64,000 bases of DNA from Squalus acanthias. Its lineage: Eukaryota. Below the pieces are notes generated by a model. The model had not been told where the DNA came from. It saw only the letters and a program-made list of their open reading frames with translations, and did not search any database. Position 1 is the stretch's first letter; every line of letters begins with the position of its first letter. Positions 63,355 to 64,000 of this stretch are shown piece by piece. Position numbers and translations under genes: made by a program. Location: assembly GCA_030390025.1 (NCBI GenBank), contig CM059433.1, forward strand, positions 26,414,001-26,478,000. The letters run 5' to 3'.

Positions 63355-64000
63355 ATAGAATCATAGAATTATACAGCACAGAAGGAGGCGATTTGGCCTA
63401 TCGTGCCATTGCCAGCTGTTTGGTAGATCTATCCAACTGATTCCACTCCCCAGCTCTTTCCCCATAGCCCTGTAAAAAAATTTCCCTTCAAGTATTTATC
63501 TAATTGCCTTTTGATTGTTATGATTGAATCTGCTTCCACCACCCTTTCAGGCTGTGCATTCTAGATAATAACAGCTTGCTGTGTAAAAAAAAAAATGTTT
63601 CTTCATGTTGCCTCTGATTCTTTTGCCAATCACCTTTAAATCTGTGCCCTCTGTTACTTCTGCCACTGGCACCCTTCTGCTACTGGAACCAATTTCTCCT
63701 TATTTACTCTATCAAAACTGTCATGCTTTTGAACACCTCTATCAAACCTCCTCTTAACCTTCCCTGCTCTAAGGAGAACAACCCCAGCTTCTCAAGTCTC
63801 TCCACATAACTGTAGTCACTCATCACTGGTACCACTCTAGTAAATCTCTTCTGCACCCTCTCTAAGGCCTTGACATCCTTCCTAAAGTGTGGTGCCCAGA
63901 ATTGAACTAAATACTCCAGCTGAGGCCTAACCAGTGATGTATAAAGGTTTAGCATAACTTCCTTGCTTTTGGCCTCTATTAATAAAGCCAAGGCTCCAAT
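63355..64000 (-). mobile_element. CR1 3' portion (runs off the window)
   Basis: ATAGAATCATAGAAT tail; LVRPQLEY...LERVQKRFTR...LIEVFK. Confidence 0.9.

Overview
This window is vertebrate genomic DNA made mostly of transposable elements. The repeat mix (many CR1 LINEs with (ATTCTATG)n-type tails, a Deu-domain SINE, L2, a Penelope-like element, Harbinger DNA transposons) points to a cartilaginous fish such as a shark; that is inference. I cannot support any host protein-coding gene. Main content: (1) two near-intact two-gene Harbinger/PIF transposons (41128-45230, 52761-57051), each with an intronless DDE transposase converging on a 3-exon Myb/SANT gene and each carrying one conspicuous CpG-type lesion; (2) an older Harbinger stretched over ~27 kb (24654-51541) by insertions nested five levels deep; (3) several Harbinger-type and one hAT-type MITE, including a 1.2-kb fold-back; (4) a CR1 preceded by ~20 copies of a 60-bp promoter-like unit; (5) a Penelope-like element with a minimal hammerhead-ribozyme motif. 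I found no convincing wholly new biological system; the best leads are unusual features of known TE families. All alignments were done by eye, so boundaries without a stated TSD/TIR are approximate.
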